NCBI GenBank assembly: GCA_025061115.1 | Contig: JANZKC010000001.1 | Coordinates: 352,001 to 416,000, forward strand | DNA length: 64,000 nucleotides | Reading direction: 5' to 3' | DNA from: Candidatus Culexmicrobium cathedralense | GTDB lineage: Archaea; Thermoproteota; Methanomethylicia; Culexarchaeales; Culexmicrobiaceae | Shown here: positions 9,232 through 19,929 of the stretch, in pieces | Layout: every line of letters starts with the position of its first letter | How positions within the stretch are numbered: the stretch's first letter is position 1 | Position numbers and translations under genes: made by a program | Notes under the pieces: model-generated | The model's input: only the letters and a program-made list of their open reading frames with translations | Told to the model about the DNA's origin: nothing | Databases searched by the model: none

Positions 9232-10599
9232 TTATTTGATTGTGGCGTATTCATGTATTATTGCCGCTACGTGTTTCATTCCTTCTATGAAGTCTTTTAT
9301 TCTGATGTTTTCGTTGGGCGCGTGTGCTCTTGAGGCGTAGTAGCCTACTCCTGTGGATGCCATTGGTATTCCGAGGTTCTTTATGAAGAGGTACATTGGA
9401 CCTGAGCCTGCCATTGTTGGATATACTACTGGGGGTTGACCATAAACTTTCACTGCTGCATTTATGGTTGCCTTGACGATTGGAGTGTTGATTGGAGTTT
9501 TAGCTGGATATAACTTTCCTAGCAGCTTTACTTCTATGTCGCTGTAACCTTTGCTTTCCAAGTGCCTCTTCAACTTTTCAAATATGTCTTGGGGATCTTG
9601 ATCTGGAACTAATCTAAAATCTATTTTTGCTACTGCTTTTGAAGGTAGAACTGTTTTGCTGCCCGGTCCAGTGTAGCCGGAAATTATTCCGCATATATTG
9701 CATGTTGGAGAGTATAGGTGATGCTTAAGTGCTTCATATCCTTCAAGTCCATGAAGTAGCTTTTCCAGCTTAAACTCCTTCTTCATCTTCTCGGAGTCGA
9801 ATTCTATTGACTTAACGTGCTCTAGCTCTTCTTTTGATGGAGGTATTATGTTGTCGTAGAATCCTGGGATGAGGATTCTTTCATTTTCATCTTTTAGGGT
9901 TGTTAGTGCTCTTATTAGTTTCCAAGCTGGATTTGGAATTAGAGTTGCATTTGCTGAGTGCACATCTCTAGCTGGGCCGGTTGCAATTAATTCAACATAA
10001 AGTATTCCTTTAACGCCCAAGTAAATGGTTAGTCTTTCCTTAGCGTCTTTTGAACCACTTTCCCAAATTCCTCCATCAGCTTTAAACTTCTCACCATACT
10101 TCTCAATATATCTTGGCAGATTGGGGCTTCCAATTTCCTCTTCACCTTCAATTACGAATTTAATGTTTATTGGAAGTTCACCTAGGGTGTTAAGCATTGC
10201 TTCAATAGCCTTAATTCTAGCAACGATGTTACCCTTATTATCTGAAACTCCTCGAGCAAATATCTTCCCATTTTCAATTACTGGATTGAAAGGCGGATTT
10301 CTCCACTCTTCAATGGGCTCTGGAGGCTGGACGTCATAGTGATTGTAGAATAACAGTGTTTTATTTGAGCGACTCGACCTGATTTCTCCATAAATTAGTG
10401 GAGGAGCACCCTCCAGTCTAAGCAGCTCTACTTTCGCTCCAATACTCTCCAGCAGCTCCTTAACCTTACCTGCACAATCCTCTAGGCCCTCATTTCTCGC
10501 TGAAATACTTGGCTGAGAACACAATTCCACTAAGTCTCGAATCGCCTCACCCGAATGCTCATCAATATACTGGAAGACCCTGCTTAAGGAACTTTCCAC
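9232..10599 (-). CDS. M20/M25/M40 metallopeptidase (dipeptidase-like)
   Basis: YNHYDVQP, ARGVSDNKG, EGEEEIGS, AHAPNE. Confidence 0.93.
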   Translation of the reverse strand: MESSLSRVFQYIDEHSGEAIRDLVELCSQPSISARNEGLEDCAGKVKELLESIGAKVELLRLEGAPPLIYGEIRSSRSNKTLLFYNHYDVQPPEPIEEWRNPPFNPVIENGKIFARGVSDNKGNIVARIKAIEAMLNTLGELPINIKFVIEGEEEIGSPNLPRYIEKYGEKFKADGGIWESGSKDAKERLTIYLGVKGILYVELIATGPARDVHSANATLIPNPAWKLIRALTTLKDENERILIPGFYDNIIPPSKEELEHVKSIEFDSEKMKKEFKLEKLLHGLEGYEALKHHLYSPTCNICGIISGYTGPGSKTVLPSKAVAKIDFRLVPDQDPQDIFEKLKRHLESKGYSDIEVKLLGKLYPAKTPINTPIVKATINAAVKVYGQPPVVYPTMAGSGPMYLFIKNLGIPMASTGVGYYASRAHAPNENIRIKDFIEGMKHVAAIIHEYATIK

Positions 10600-10720
10600 G
10601 GCAAACCACCAATTTAAATTTAAACTTAAGAAGTATTTAATTGATTATATTTGGCGAAATGCACTTAATTGGCAATGCCCTTAAATTAGGAACTAAAGTT
10701 GCATAGTATTGAAGGTTACC

Positions 10721-11446
10721 TCATTGTTGCCCTTCCAATTTTTCAACTACAACGGCTGTTCCATAGGCTGAGAAGGCAATCGCAACTCCCGCAAATAAGT
10801 CGCTTGTTTCGAAATCCACACCAATAACTGCATTTGCACCCATTTTCTCAGCATTTTTAATCATTCTTGCTAGTGCTTCGATTCTTGCTTTTTCAAATTC
10901 CATTGTTAATGACTTTAATTCTCCTCCTGTGAGAGATTCGAGGGCTGCAGCAAGTCTCCCTCCCAATCCTCTACTTCTTATCGTTAATCCAGAAACTGGG
11001 CCTAGCACTTTCACTATTCTATAGTTTGGTATTGTTGGTGTTGTTGTTATAATCATTTTTTCAGTTAACTTTCTATAATACTTAAATAACGCTTCATCTC
11101 CAAATGATTCAATGATGCCTTGCGACTTCTCAGCAGTTACTTCCAAGAGCTTTTTGAGCTGATCTCCCCAATCTTTTAATTTTACCGCTGCCTCCTTGAT
11201 TGCCTCACTAAACTCAAGCCCTGACTCTCTTAAAGATTCCACCAATTCTATTCTTACTCCATTTTCATAGGCCAATTTAATGAAGGCTTCAACCAAATTT
11301 AATCCGCTCTTAATCGATCTTTCAAGGTGAAACTTTAGTACTCCAATGGGGTTGTGAGGATAATTTTCTTCATACTTATTTAATACCATCCTAAATAATT
11401 CATCAACTTTTCTTGCTGCCAATTCAATCCCACTCCATCTTAACAT
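10721..11446 (-). CDS. YbjQ (UPF0145) domain protein with N-terminal helical extension
   Basis: C-terminal MIITTTPTIPNYRIVKVLG...ARIEALARM...MGANAVIGVDFE...AYGTAV. Confidence 0.85.
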   Translation of the reverse strand: MLRWSGIELAARKVDELFRMVLNKYEENYPHNPIGVLKFHLERSIKSGLNLVEAFIKLAYENGVRIELVESLRESGLEFSEAIKEAAVKLKDWGDQLKKLLEVTAEKSQGIIESFGDEALFKYYRKLTEKMIITTTPTIPNYRIVKVLGPVSGLTIRSRGLGGRLAAALESLTGGELKSLTMEFEKARIEALARMIKNAEKMGANAVIGVDFETSDLFAGVAIAFSAYGTAVVVEKLEGQQ

Positions 11447-11458
11447 TATAATGTAGAA

Positions 11459-13159
11459 TCAAGTTATTTCCTTCGACTTCCTTCTAAACTGATCTTCAAA
11501 TATCTCCCTAACCCTACTTATAGTATCTGCCTCTTCCGGCGACTTATCACTCCTTATCCGAACTATCCTGGCAAATCTCAACGCAAAGCCACTTTTGTAG
11601 TGGGGGCTCCGCTGTATTTCTGAAAATGCAACTTCAAGCACTATTCTTGGTTGAACTATAACTGTTCTGCCTCTCCTCATTATTGCAAGCTTTTCAAGCT
11701 GCTCAGTCATCCACTTTATCTCCTCATCGCTTAATCCCGTAAAGCACTTTCCAATTACCAGGTACTCACCCGTTTCAGGATCTCTAGCCGCTAAATAATA
11801 GTCGCTTAACCACCTGTATCTGTAGCCGTAGCCATAGTCTGCGGCTACCACCACCAAGTCAAGCGTTTGAGGGACTGCTTTAATTTTAAGCCACTTTCTG
11901 CCCCTAATTCCAGGAGTGTATGGGGAGTTTAGCTCCTTTGCCACAACACCTTCATGCCCATTTTCAATGGCTTTTTCAAAGAATTTTCTTGCTTCAGCAG
12001 CATCTCTTGTGACAATTTGAGGTATTATCAGTTGGGGAGGGACGATTTCCTTAAGCTTTTCTCTCCTTTTGCGGTAAGGCTTATCTATTAAAGTTTCTCC
12101 ATCAACGTAAAGTACGTCGAAGAGATAGAGCTTTACAGGTATCCTTGCCATTGCCTCCTCAACGCCCCTTATCCTTCTAAACCTCCTCATTACGTATTGG
12201 AAGGGCATTGGCTTACCGTCTTTACCAACAGCTATAACTTCACCTTCAACGATCAACTTCCTAGCTGAAACTTCACTTTCCATGCATTCGATAACTTCCG
12301 GTAATGACTTTGTAACGTTGGTTAGCCTTCTACTGAAAATTTCAATTTTATCTCCATCCTTATGTATTTGAACTCTAGCTCCATCAGGTTTAACTTCAAA
12401 TGCAGCTATACCTCCAAACTCCAGAAGCGCATCATCAACGGTTTTAGCATCTTCAGCTAGCATCGGCTTAATAGGGTGGAATAGGGTTATACCCATAGCC
12501 TTAATTCCACTTATCCCAGACTCCCTGGCTTTATAAGCTACATACCCTATATCGCTTATCAGCATGTTCGCCTTTCTAATCAAATCTCCAGGTATATCAA
12601 ATGCCTTTGCTATTGCATCTTCCATTAACCCCTCTCCAAAGCCATGCCTCCTCTCACCTATTATTAATTTGACAAGGTACTTGGCTTCAAGCGGTGAAGC
12701 TCGGCTGAGCAGCGATTTTAATAGCCGCTCCTTCTTCTTTCTCGAGCCAGCGCCATACACCTTAGCTATCTCCTCCAACACCCTGTAAACTTCCCTTATG
12801 GTTAAGGACTTTTCAACGAGAAGTCTTTGCACAGGCTTCCTCTTAACTTCGAAAATCAGCTTGAAGCATGATCCCACATCTCCAGTTTCATTAAAAAATT
12901 TAATGTATTCGTCAGGAGCTATTCCAGTTAAGTCTTGAAGAACTTTAAATAGAGTTGTACCGCTAACCTCAAACTCCCTCTGATCCCAGGAAGGAAAGAC
13001 CTTTCCAATTATCATTCTAACAGCTGGAGCAATTTCACTTAAATCCAACTTTCTTATAAAACTTGCAACGAGGTCGATTTTAGATATTCTACTTGAAATT
13101 TGAGATAATCTCTCGCAGAGATTGCATAGCTCCTCAAATTTCGTCTGCAAATCAATCAC
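11459..13159 (-). CDS. lig: ATP-dependent DNA ligase
   Basis: KPMLA, EVKPDGARVQIH (motif I), EGEV, LFDVLY, EGVVAK, WLKIK, ALRFAR. Confidence 0.96.
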   Translation of the reverse strand: MIDLQTKFEELCNLCERLSQISSRISKIDLVASFIRKLDLSEIAPAVRMIIGKVFPSWDQREFEVSGTTLFKVLQDLTGIAPDEYIKFFNETGDVGSCFKLIFEVKRKPVQRLLVEKSLTIREVYRVLEEIAKVYGAGSRKKKERLLKSLLSRASPLEAKYLVKLIIGERRHGFGEGLMEDAIAKAFDIPGDLIRKANMLISDIGYVAYKARESGISGIKAMGITLFHPIKPMLAEDAKTVDDALLEFGGIAAFEVKPDGARVQIHKDGDKIEIFSRRLTNVTKSLPEVIECMESEVSARKLIVEGEVIAVGKDGKPMPFQYVMRRFRRIRGVEEAMARIPVKLYLFDVLYVDGETLIDKPYRKRREKLKEIVPPQLIIPQIVTRDAAEARKFFEKAIENGHEGVVAKELNSPYTPGIRGRKWLKIKAVPQTLDLVVVAADYGYGYRYRWLSDYYLAARDPETGEYLVIGKCFTGLSDEEIKWMTEQLEKLAIMRRGRTVIVQPRIVLEVAFSEIQRSPHYKSGFALRFARIVRIRSDKSPEEADTISRVREIFEDQFRRKSKEIT

Positions 13160-13193
13160 CAGCTAACTCACCGCTAAATTTAGGAGTAAACGC

Positions 13194-13913
13194 TTACTTC
13201 GAAGGCATCTTAATTTCAATTTTCCTCAATTCACTAAGACCAATTGGTAATTCGTTTAGGAAACTATTAAATTTAAAAACTGGGACTATTGGAATCCCCT
13301 CATAGATTTTAATTTTATCCTCATAGATTGAAAGTATGGCCGCTATGAAAATTGCTCTTGGCCAGCCGTAGATGCCCAATCTAGTCAATGCACTTCTACA
13401 AATAGATAGAGCTTCAAGTCTTTCAAAGTGGCGTAGTGCGCTTTTCCTAACTGCAGAGAATCTGCCCGCCGACCACCTCTTACAGTCAACGCATATAATT
13501 AGAGGCTCCCTAATTCCAATTACATCTATTTCATATCGATGCCTCCAAACTGCAAATCTGAAATTCCTATAAACATCATACCCGTGAATTTGAAATGCTC
13601 GGGCACATATGTCCTCAAACTCTCTCCAATTTAAGGTTAAAGCGACAGACTGAACATCTGCTCCCAACTTAATAGCATAAAAAGCTAACTTCAATCTATC
13701 AGTAGGATAGCATTGAAGTGCCTTCCCATCGAACTCCAAATTAATTAGATTTTCATCAGCTAATTCACGCATTAGCTCTCTAACCCTACTTAATGGAAGT
13801 ATAACGCCCTCTGCAATTTCCCTATCAACTACTATGCTACGCCCCAAGGATAGCTTCAGAATCTCGCAGGCAATCCTAGCTTTCAAATTCAAGGCTACTA
13901 CACTATTCCCCAA
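13194..13913 (-). CDS. wHTH + restriction-endonuclease-like (Mrr/NERD-like) protein
   Basis: LNWREFE...EIDVIG...VDCKRW PD-(D/E)xK pattern. Confidence 0.75.
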   Translation of the reverse strand: MGNSVVALNLKARIACEILKLSLGRSIVVDREIAEGVILPLSRVRELMRELADENLINLEFDGKALQCYPTDRLKLAFYAIKLGADVQSVALTLNWREFEDICARAFQIHGYDVYRNFRFAVWRHRYEIDVIGIREPLIICVDCKRWSAGRFSAVRKSALRHFERLEALSICRSALTRLGIYGWPRAIFIAAILSIYEDKIKIYEGIPIVPVFKFNSFLNELPIGLSELRKIEIKMPSK

Positions 13914-14138
13914 GAAGTTATATATGCAGTTCGCACTTCAACAAAACTCAGAATTACATGGGTTGAATCAAAAATCAAGATTCAAAATTCAACTAAAATT
14001 AAGATAAAAATTTAAAATATATGACTCGATTCAATTAAAGCCCCTCAAATTCTAGGAGCAAAAATGAAGCGGCATTTTATTTGATTATTTAAAAAATTCC
14101 TTATTAGCAGTAGAGTAATATATTTTTAAGGTGATTCC

Positions 14139-14381
14139 TTGTCAAGCAACATTAAACAGCGAAAATATAAGTGCGCAGTCTGCGGCAGGAGGCTCACCAG
14201 AAACGACTTGGTTACTTCAAGGGGAACGCTCATTCCATTTTACAATCTTTTAGATTCAAATGGCGAGCTAAAGCCCATATGCGTCAAATGCTACCATGAA
14301 ATTGTAGGGAAAATCATTGCAAGACTATCTAGAGAAGAGCTTCACGTTAGGACTAGCGCACTCAGGTCAATGCACGGTTAG
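14139..14381 (+). CDS. Small zinc-finger protein
   Basis: CAVC...CVKC pairs; AGGTGA RBS before TTG. Confidence 0.65.
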   Translation: MSSNIKQRKYKCAVCGRRLTRNDLVTSRGTLIPFYNLLDSNGELKPICVKCYHEIVGKIIARLSREELHVRTSALRSMHG

Positions 14382-14437
14382 CTGTAAAATTCAAATTTGA
14401 AATAGGATATACTAAGAGTTAAGCAAGTTTAATTAAA

Positions 14438-16006
14438 GTGATTATCATGCGCGCTCAAGCCGCCACAGTCGAGGAAATGGTGGCAATTGACATTAACTCG
14501 GAATATTTAGGTGTTTCCAGACTTTTACTAATGGAGAACGCTGGAGCTGAAATAGCTCGATCAATCAAGGAGAAGATGAACATTAAGGACAAAAAGATTG
14601 TCATAGTTGCCCACACTGGCAATAAGGGTGGAGACGGATTCGTAGCAGCAAGACACCTCGCAAATCTAGGAGCAAAAGTCAATGTAGTTTTGATAGGAGA
14701 TCCCAAAACCATTCGAACTAGCGAAGCTAAGAGAAACTGGGAAATACTGCAAAGTATGGAGAGCTCAATAAACATTATTGTCGTTCGAGGCTCAGCGAGA
14801 CTATACTTGCTAGAAGAAGCATTAAGGGAGGCAACTGTAATCGTAGATGCACTACTGGGAACCGGAGTTAAGGGTGAATTAAGGCCGCCAATTTCAAATG
14901 CAGTTCAAATGATAAATGAGGCGGGAAAAGCTGGAGCGCTAATAGTTGCAATAGATCTCCCAACAGGAATAAATCCAGACACTGGAGAAATTCTTGGAAC
15001 TGCAGTTGAAGCCAACTTAACGGTAACCCACCACAAACCAAAAATTGGACTACTAACCGAAAAGGCGAAAAAGTATGTTGGAGAATTGAAGGTAGCTAAC
15101 ATTGGAGTTCCACCTGAAGCAGAGCTATTTGCCGGCCCTGGAGACGTATTAATCGCATTGAAAAAGAGAAAGCTAACAGCGCATAAAGGAGACTTCGGCC
15201 GAATAGTCATCGTAGGGGGAAGCAAGGACTACTCCGGAGCTCCCGCACTAGCAGCATTAGCAGCACTAAGAGCGGGATCAGACTTGACAATAATAATTGC
15301 TCCAAAAGCAATCTCAACATCCATAAGAGGCTACTCTCCAAATCTAATAGTAAGAGACTATGAAGGCGAATATTTGAATAAGAGTGGAGTTGAACTCGCA
15401 CTAGCAGAAATAAAGAGGGCAGATGCAGTTATAGTTGGTCCAGGACTAAGCCTCAAAGAACAAGTAGTTAATGCAGTCCAAAACTTACTGGAGGAAGTTA
15501 AGAAGATTAAAGTGCCAGTTGTTGTAGATGCAGACGCCATCAAAGCATGCGCCGGAAAAACTGAAGTTATAAGCGGTTTAAGTTGCATCATAACTCCACA
15601 TGCAGGAGAATTTAAGATATTAACCGGAATCCAGCTGCCTCCAGAAAATAGTGGAGGATGGAAGAAGAGAATGGAAATAGTAAGGAGGGAAGCTGAAAAC
15701 CTGAAGGCCACAATACTTTTGAAAGCCCACTATGACATCATATCTGATGGAGTTAAAGTCAAGGTTAATAGAACTGGAAATCCAGGAATGACAGTTGGAG
15801 GAACTGGAGATGTGCTAGCTGGAATTGCAGCAGCATTCCTAGCATGGGGCAACCCACCCATAAAAGCAGCTACAGCCGCCGCATTCATTAATGGCCTAGC
15901 AGGAGACCTAGCAGTTGAAGAGAAAGGTTATCACATACTGGCAACCGATGTAATAGGGAAAATTCCAGATGCATTTGCGAAAATCGAGAAATGCATCATG
16001 AAGTGA
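14438..16006 (+). CDS. nnr: Bifunctional NAD(P)H-hydrate epimerase/dehydratase (NnrE-NnrD)
   Basis: LMENAG, GNKGGDG, DALLGTG, DLPTG; HKGDFG, GAPAL, DADA, TPHAGEF, GGTGDVLAG. Confidence 0.95.
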   Translation: MIIMRAQAATVEEMVAIDINSEYLGVSRLLLMENAGAEIARSIKEKMNIKDKKIVIVAHTGNKGGDGFVAARHLANLGAKVNVVLIGDPKTIRTSEAKRNWEILQSMESSINIIVVRGSARLYLLEEALREATVIVDALLGTGVKGELRPPISNAVQMINEAGKAGALIVAIDLPTGINPDTGEILGTAVEANLTVTHHKPKIGLLTEKAKKYVGELKVANIGVPPEAELFAGPGDVLIALKKRKLTAHKGDFGRIVIVGGSKDYSGAPALAALAALRAGSDLTIIIAPKAISTSIRGYSPNLIVRDYEGEYLNKSGVELALAEIKRADAVIVGPGLSLKEQVVNAVQNLLEEVKKIKVPVVVDADAIKACAGKTEVISGLSCIITPHAGEFKILTGIQLPPENSGGWKKRMEIVRREAENLKATILLKAHYDIISDGVKVKVNRTGNPGMTVGGTGDVLAGIAAAFLAWGNPPIKAATAAAFINGLAGDLAVEEKGYHILATDVIGKIPDAFAKIEKCIMK

Positions 16007-16724
16007 GCATTCTAACAAGAAACCTAACGTTCAAAAGTCGAGTTAAATCCAAAATTTTCCTTAAATAGTGTGGCAACCTACATACAGGGTGAACGTGCCC
16101 GCTCCTAATGAGCTCCAAAGCATCAACCAATGATGAAACCTCACCTTCAAATGCAGTAGCAGCAAAACCAAGAGTTAAAGCAGTATGAGAATCGGAACCT
16201 GCAATTCGCGGCAAATTCAGCTTCCTAAGAAAATCTACTTGTGGAGGAGGGTAATACTCCAAAGCGTCAAGATATTCAGCATATTTCAATGAATTTAACC
16301 CCAGCCCCGAGCGCCTAAAGACATGTGCAGCGACAAGAATACCTCCAGCAGATCTAACGTGATCGGATAAGGCGGGCAAATTCCAAGCCTCTACACCGAA
16401 ATGCAAGCTGAAGTCATAGGATGGAAAAATAGCTAGAACGTGCCCCTCGCTAAGAGAAAACTCCACTCCAGGCAAAATGAGAAAACCAGCATGAGCCGAA
16501 GCATCCCTGTAAAGCCTAAATCGCTTAGCAATTACTCGTGAATCCCAAAGCTTAGGTGCATGATCCACAATCGCAATTCCACCCAACCCTCTCCTCTTAG
16601 CATGCCTAGCTAAAGAAGCGGGATTATGAGTACCATCGGAACAATTGCTGTGAACATGCATATCGATTAAAGTTGAATTTCCAGTCAAGATATCTCCATC
16701 CACAATAAATGCCATTTTCAGCAA
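15996..16724 (-). CDS. PHP-domain phosphoesterase
   Basis: DMHVHSNCSDG, AIVDH, GVE, GHVL, AAH, GSDSH. Confidence 0.88.
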   Translation of the reverse strand: MLKMAFIVDGDILTGNSTLIDMHVHSNCSDGTHNPASLARHAKRRGLGGIAIVDHAPKLWDSRVIAKRFRLYRDASAHAGFLILPGVEFSLSEGHVLAIFPSYDFSLHFGVEAWNLPALSDHVRSAGGILVAAHVFRRSGLGLNSLKYAEYLDALEYYPPPQVDFLRKLNLPRIAGSDSHTALTLGFAATAFEGEVSSLVDALELIRSGHVHPVCRLPHYLRKILDLTRLLNVRFLVRMLTS

Positions 16725-16742
16725 AAAATCAAATTTGTGTAT

Positions 16743-17252
16743 TTAGGGCAGCGCTATAATTGACACCTCCAACGTGTCCAAATCCAATATAGCCACAGTT
16801 CTCTTTCCAGTCAAGTATCCGCAAGCTTCACCTGGATTAACAATTAAGCATCCACTCAACTTAACAAGTTCAGGCTTATGCGTATGACCTCTAACAACAA
16901 CATTGTACATTCCAGATCTAGCCAAAGCTTCAACAACCCTTTCATGCCTACCATGAATTACCGCAATCTTCACCCCTTGAAAATCAACCTCTCCAAAATC
17001 CCCAAGCAACTCAACACCAACCTGAGATGCCTTAACCTTCATGAACTCCCTTTCCCCATCGACGTTTCCAAATACTCCATAAACCTTGCAGTTCACCTTA
17101 GCCAGCCTAATCATCGTAAATGGAGCGCACCAATCACCAGCATGCAAAACTGCGCCGACGCCATGCTCGTTAAAAACTTTAACTGCAGAATCCACAGCAG
17201 CCTGATTATCGTGGGTATCTGAAATTAATCCAATCTTCAATCCAACCACCAA
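16743..17252 (-). CDS. YfcE/MJ0936-family metallophosphoesterase
   Basis: ISDTHDN, HAGD, GNVD, IHG, GHTH, NPGE. Confidence 0.92.
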   Translation of the reverse strand: MVVGLKIGLISDTHDNQAAVDSAVKVFNEHGVGAVLHAGDWCAPFTMIRLAKVNCKVYGVFGNVDGEREFMKVKASQVGVELLGDFGEVDFQGVKIAVIHGRHERVVEALARSGMYNVVVRGHTHKPELVKLSGCLIVNPGEACGYLTGKRTVAILDLDTLEVSIIALP

Positions 17253-17339
17253 AACTACTGTTTAGGTAAACTCTTATAAGGTGAATGCTTCAACATCATT
17301 TATTAATTTGAAGTGAGAGAATATTTCCGGTATATAATC

Positions 17340-19883
17340 ATGCCTAAAAACAGGCCAACATATCCATTTTCAGCTATAGTTGGTCAGGAAAAGTTGAAGT
17401 TAGCACTTCTAGTTAACCTTGTAGATCCAAGCATAGGCGGATTACTGATCGTTGGACCTAAGGGCTCAGGAAAATCCACTGCAGTTAGAGGGCTCATAGA
17501 TCTTCTGCCCGAAATTGAGGTAGTAGTAGACTGCCCATTCAACTGCGACCCCAAAGATCCAAATTTAATGTGCGACAATTGTAGAGCCAGATTTGAGCTC
17601 CACGGCAAGCTGCCAACCAAGAAAATTAAAATGCCATTCGTAGAACTGCCATTAAGCGCAACTGAAGATAGAGTCCTAGGGTCAGTTGATATTGAGAAGG
17701 CCATTAGAGAAGGAGCAAAAGTCCTACAGCCAGGACTCCTAGGAGAAGCGAATAGAGGCATACTATACATTGACGAGGTTAACCTGCTACCAGACAACAT
17801 TTCAGACGCCATACTGGATGCAGCTTCAAGCGGCTGGAACCACATCGAAAGAGAAGGCTTAAACTTCACTCATCCAAGCAAGTTCATCCTCATCGGAACA
17901 ATGAACATCGAGGAAGGATGGCTTAGACCTCAAATACTCGATAGATTTCCACTCTGCATCAAAGTTGAAAAAATCAGCAATCCCAAAGACAGAATTGAAG
18001 TAATGACTAGAAACCTAGAATTCGAAGAAAATCCAATAGAATTCATCGCCAAGTGGCAGCCAAAGCAAGAGGAGCTTCGAAAGAAAATATTAAGAGCAAG
18101 AAAAACCCTTTCAAACATCAATGTTCCCAAGGAACTCGAAGAAACCGTAATAGATTTCTGCATAAAACTTAAGGTTGACGGCCACAGGCCAGACATAGCA
18201 ATAATCAAGACTGCAAAAGCCATAGCAGCGCTAAATGGAAAAGAGCAAGTAGATTTGGAAGATGTTATTCAAGCAGCAGAGCTAGCATTAGCTCACAGAA
18301 GTAGAAGTGGAGGACTTGAAGGTCCACTAACGCCCGAGGAAATTGAAGAAGAACTATCAACGACAATCACGAAAAAGAAGGAGGAAGAGGAAGAAGAGGA
18401 AATAAGGAAGATCGAAGTTGAAGTCGGCAAAAGCGGAAAGCTGCCATCAATAGCAACTCGACCCCCCATCAAGCCAAAAAAGGAAATAGTTCTTCCAAGA
18501 CCAGTAGGCATGCTCTTAGTACTTGCACTATACTACATGCTATTCTACTTCGCATTTGCAGCTGGCTCAATACTATTTTCAGGAGTCATGGAGCTACCAT
18601 GGGAGCAAACCATAAAGCTCATGAAGGAAGACGTCCTAATTTGGTCAGCAATCGCACTAATAATATTCACGATACTCCAAGGAATAGGAAACTTAAGGCG
18701 CGGAAAAGTAGCCTACGTAAAGTTCAAGGAACCCCCACTAGAAGAATATAGAAGAATTAAAGCGCACAGGCTCTTAATAAAAGAACATGTAGTGGAGGGG
18801 CCGCCTACAAAGCAAGTATTTGGAAAGCGAGTCTGGCAATTTATATCAATATTTGGAGCAAAAATACTCCAAACATACAGGTCAGCCATAGAAAAGGGAA
18901 GAAAAATAGCTGAAAGCATGTTCGATTTAATGATTCAGCCTCCAAGCACATTCAAGATAACACTAACTCCAGAGCACATGAGAGGGAAAAAAGCTAGAGC
19001 AGAAGTGGTTAGGGGAATATGGCTTAGGAGAGGAAAATACGTGAAGCACGCGATGCCAAGGGAAAAACCGTGGGACATTGCCCTAGCACCAACATTAAGA
19101 GCAGCAGCACCATATCAGAAAATAAGAAAATCATCAAAGCTCGCCATCAAAGTCGACATGAGCGACATAAGAGTTAAAGTTAGGGAGTACAGAGCACCCC
19201 TATGCATCGTAATACTTCTCGACATGAGCGAGTCAATGATAGTTTCACTAGAAAACGTGAAGAACGCCATTAGAGGACTACACAAAGGCGCTCACAGGCA
19301 TAGAGATAAAGTGGGACTAGTAGTTTTCAAAGGCACAAGCGCAAAAGTACTTCAATATCCAACCACAAACTTGAGGGCAGTAGTCGAAAAGCTCCTAGAA
19401 GTTGGAGCCAGCGACTTCACTCCACTAGCAGCCGGAATGCTAAAGGCATACGAAATACTTAAGCTCGAGAAGATAAAAAGCAAGGAAACAATTCCCGTCC
19501 TAGTAATAATTTCAGATGGAATAGTCAACGTGCCGCTAGATAACCCCCTAACACCAGAACTCAGAAAGAAATTCCTAAACCCAGCCCAAGCAGACGTTAT
19601 AGACGTAGCCAAGAGAATAGCCAAGGATAAAATTAGGACAATAATCATAAACACCGACCACAGGCCAGATGAAATATACAAGAAAATATACTACGGAGCC
19701 AAAGGAGCAACTTTCAGCTACACTCCAACAGCACTACTCATGGAAATTGCAAGAATAACCGGAGGCAAATACTATGGACTTAGAACAGACATACCAGGAG
19801 AAACGATAATCATACCGGAAGTAATTTCTGAAATAGCAGAAGCGCCAGCTAGGCTGGAAGAAATTTTCGGGCCAGTAGAGTAG
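17340..19883 (+). CDS. Mg/Co-chelatase ChlI/ChlD-like AAA+ ATPase-VWA fusion with internal TM hairpin
   Basis: [45 protein letters not shown]; VWA MIDAS DMSES/T/DG; two hydrophobic helices between the domains. ORF extends to 17313. Confidence 0.88.
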   Translation: MPKNRPTYPFSAIVGQEKLKLALLVNLVDPSIGGLLIVGPKGSGKSTAVRGLIDLLPEIEVVVDCPFNCDPKDPNLMCDNCRARFELHGKLPTKKIKMPFVELPLSATEDRVLGSVDIEKAIREGAKVLQPGLLGEANRGILYIDEVNLLPDNISDAILDAASSGWNHIEREGLNFTHPSKFILIGTMNIEEGWLRPQILDRFPLCIKVEKISNPKDRIEVMTRNLEFEENPIEFIAKWQPKQEELRKKILRARKTLSNINVPKELEETVIDFCIKLKVDGHRPDIAIIKTAKAIAALNGKEQVDLEDVIQAAELALAHRSRSGGLEGPLTPEEIEEELSTTITKKKEEEEEEEIRKIEVEVGKSGKLPSIATRPPIKPKKEIVLPRPVGMLLVLALYYMLFYFAFAAGSILFSGVMELPWEQTIKLMKEDVLIWSAIALIIFTILQGIGNLRRGKVAYVKFKEPPLEEYRRIKAHRLLIKEHVVEGPPTKQVFGKRVWQFISIFGAKILQTYRSAIEKGRKIAESMFDLMIQPPSTFKITLTPEHMRGKKARAEVVRGIWLRRGKYVKHAMPREKPWDIALAPTLRAAAPYQKIRKSSKLAIKVDMSDIRVKVREYRAPLCIVILLDMSESMIVSLENVKNAIRGLHKGAHRHRDKVGLVVFKGTSAKVLQYPTTNLRAVVEKLLEVGASDFTPLAAGMLKAYEILKLEKIKSKETIPVLVIISDGIVNVPLDNPLTPELRKKFLNPAQADVIDVAKRIAKDKIRTIIINTDHRPDEIYKKIYYGAKGATFSYTPTALLMEIARITGGKYYGLRTDIPGETIIIPEVISEIAEAPARLEEIFGPVE

Positions 19884-19929
19884 AGAGCCTACTCACAAAG
19901 CCTATTAACGTAAGGCACATCTAAAATCA

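Noticed and set aside
13963-13985. TTGAATC-N9-GATTCAA inverted repeat
   Set aside because: Only 7 bp in AT-rich intergenic DNA and no linked regulator.
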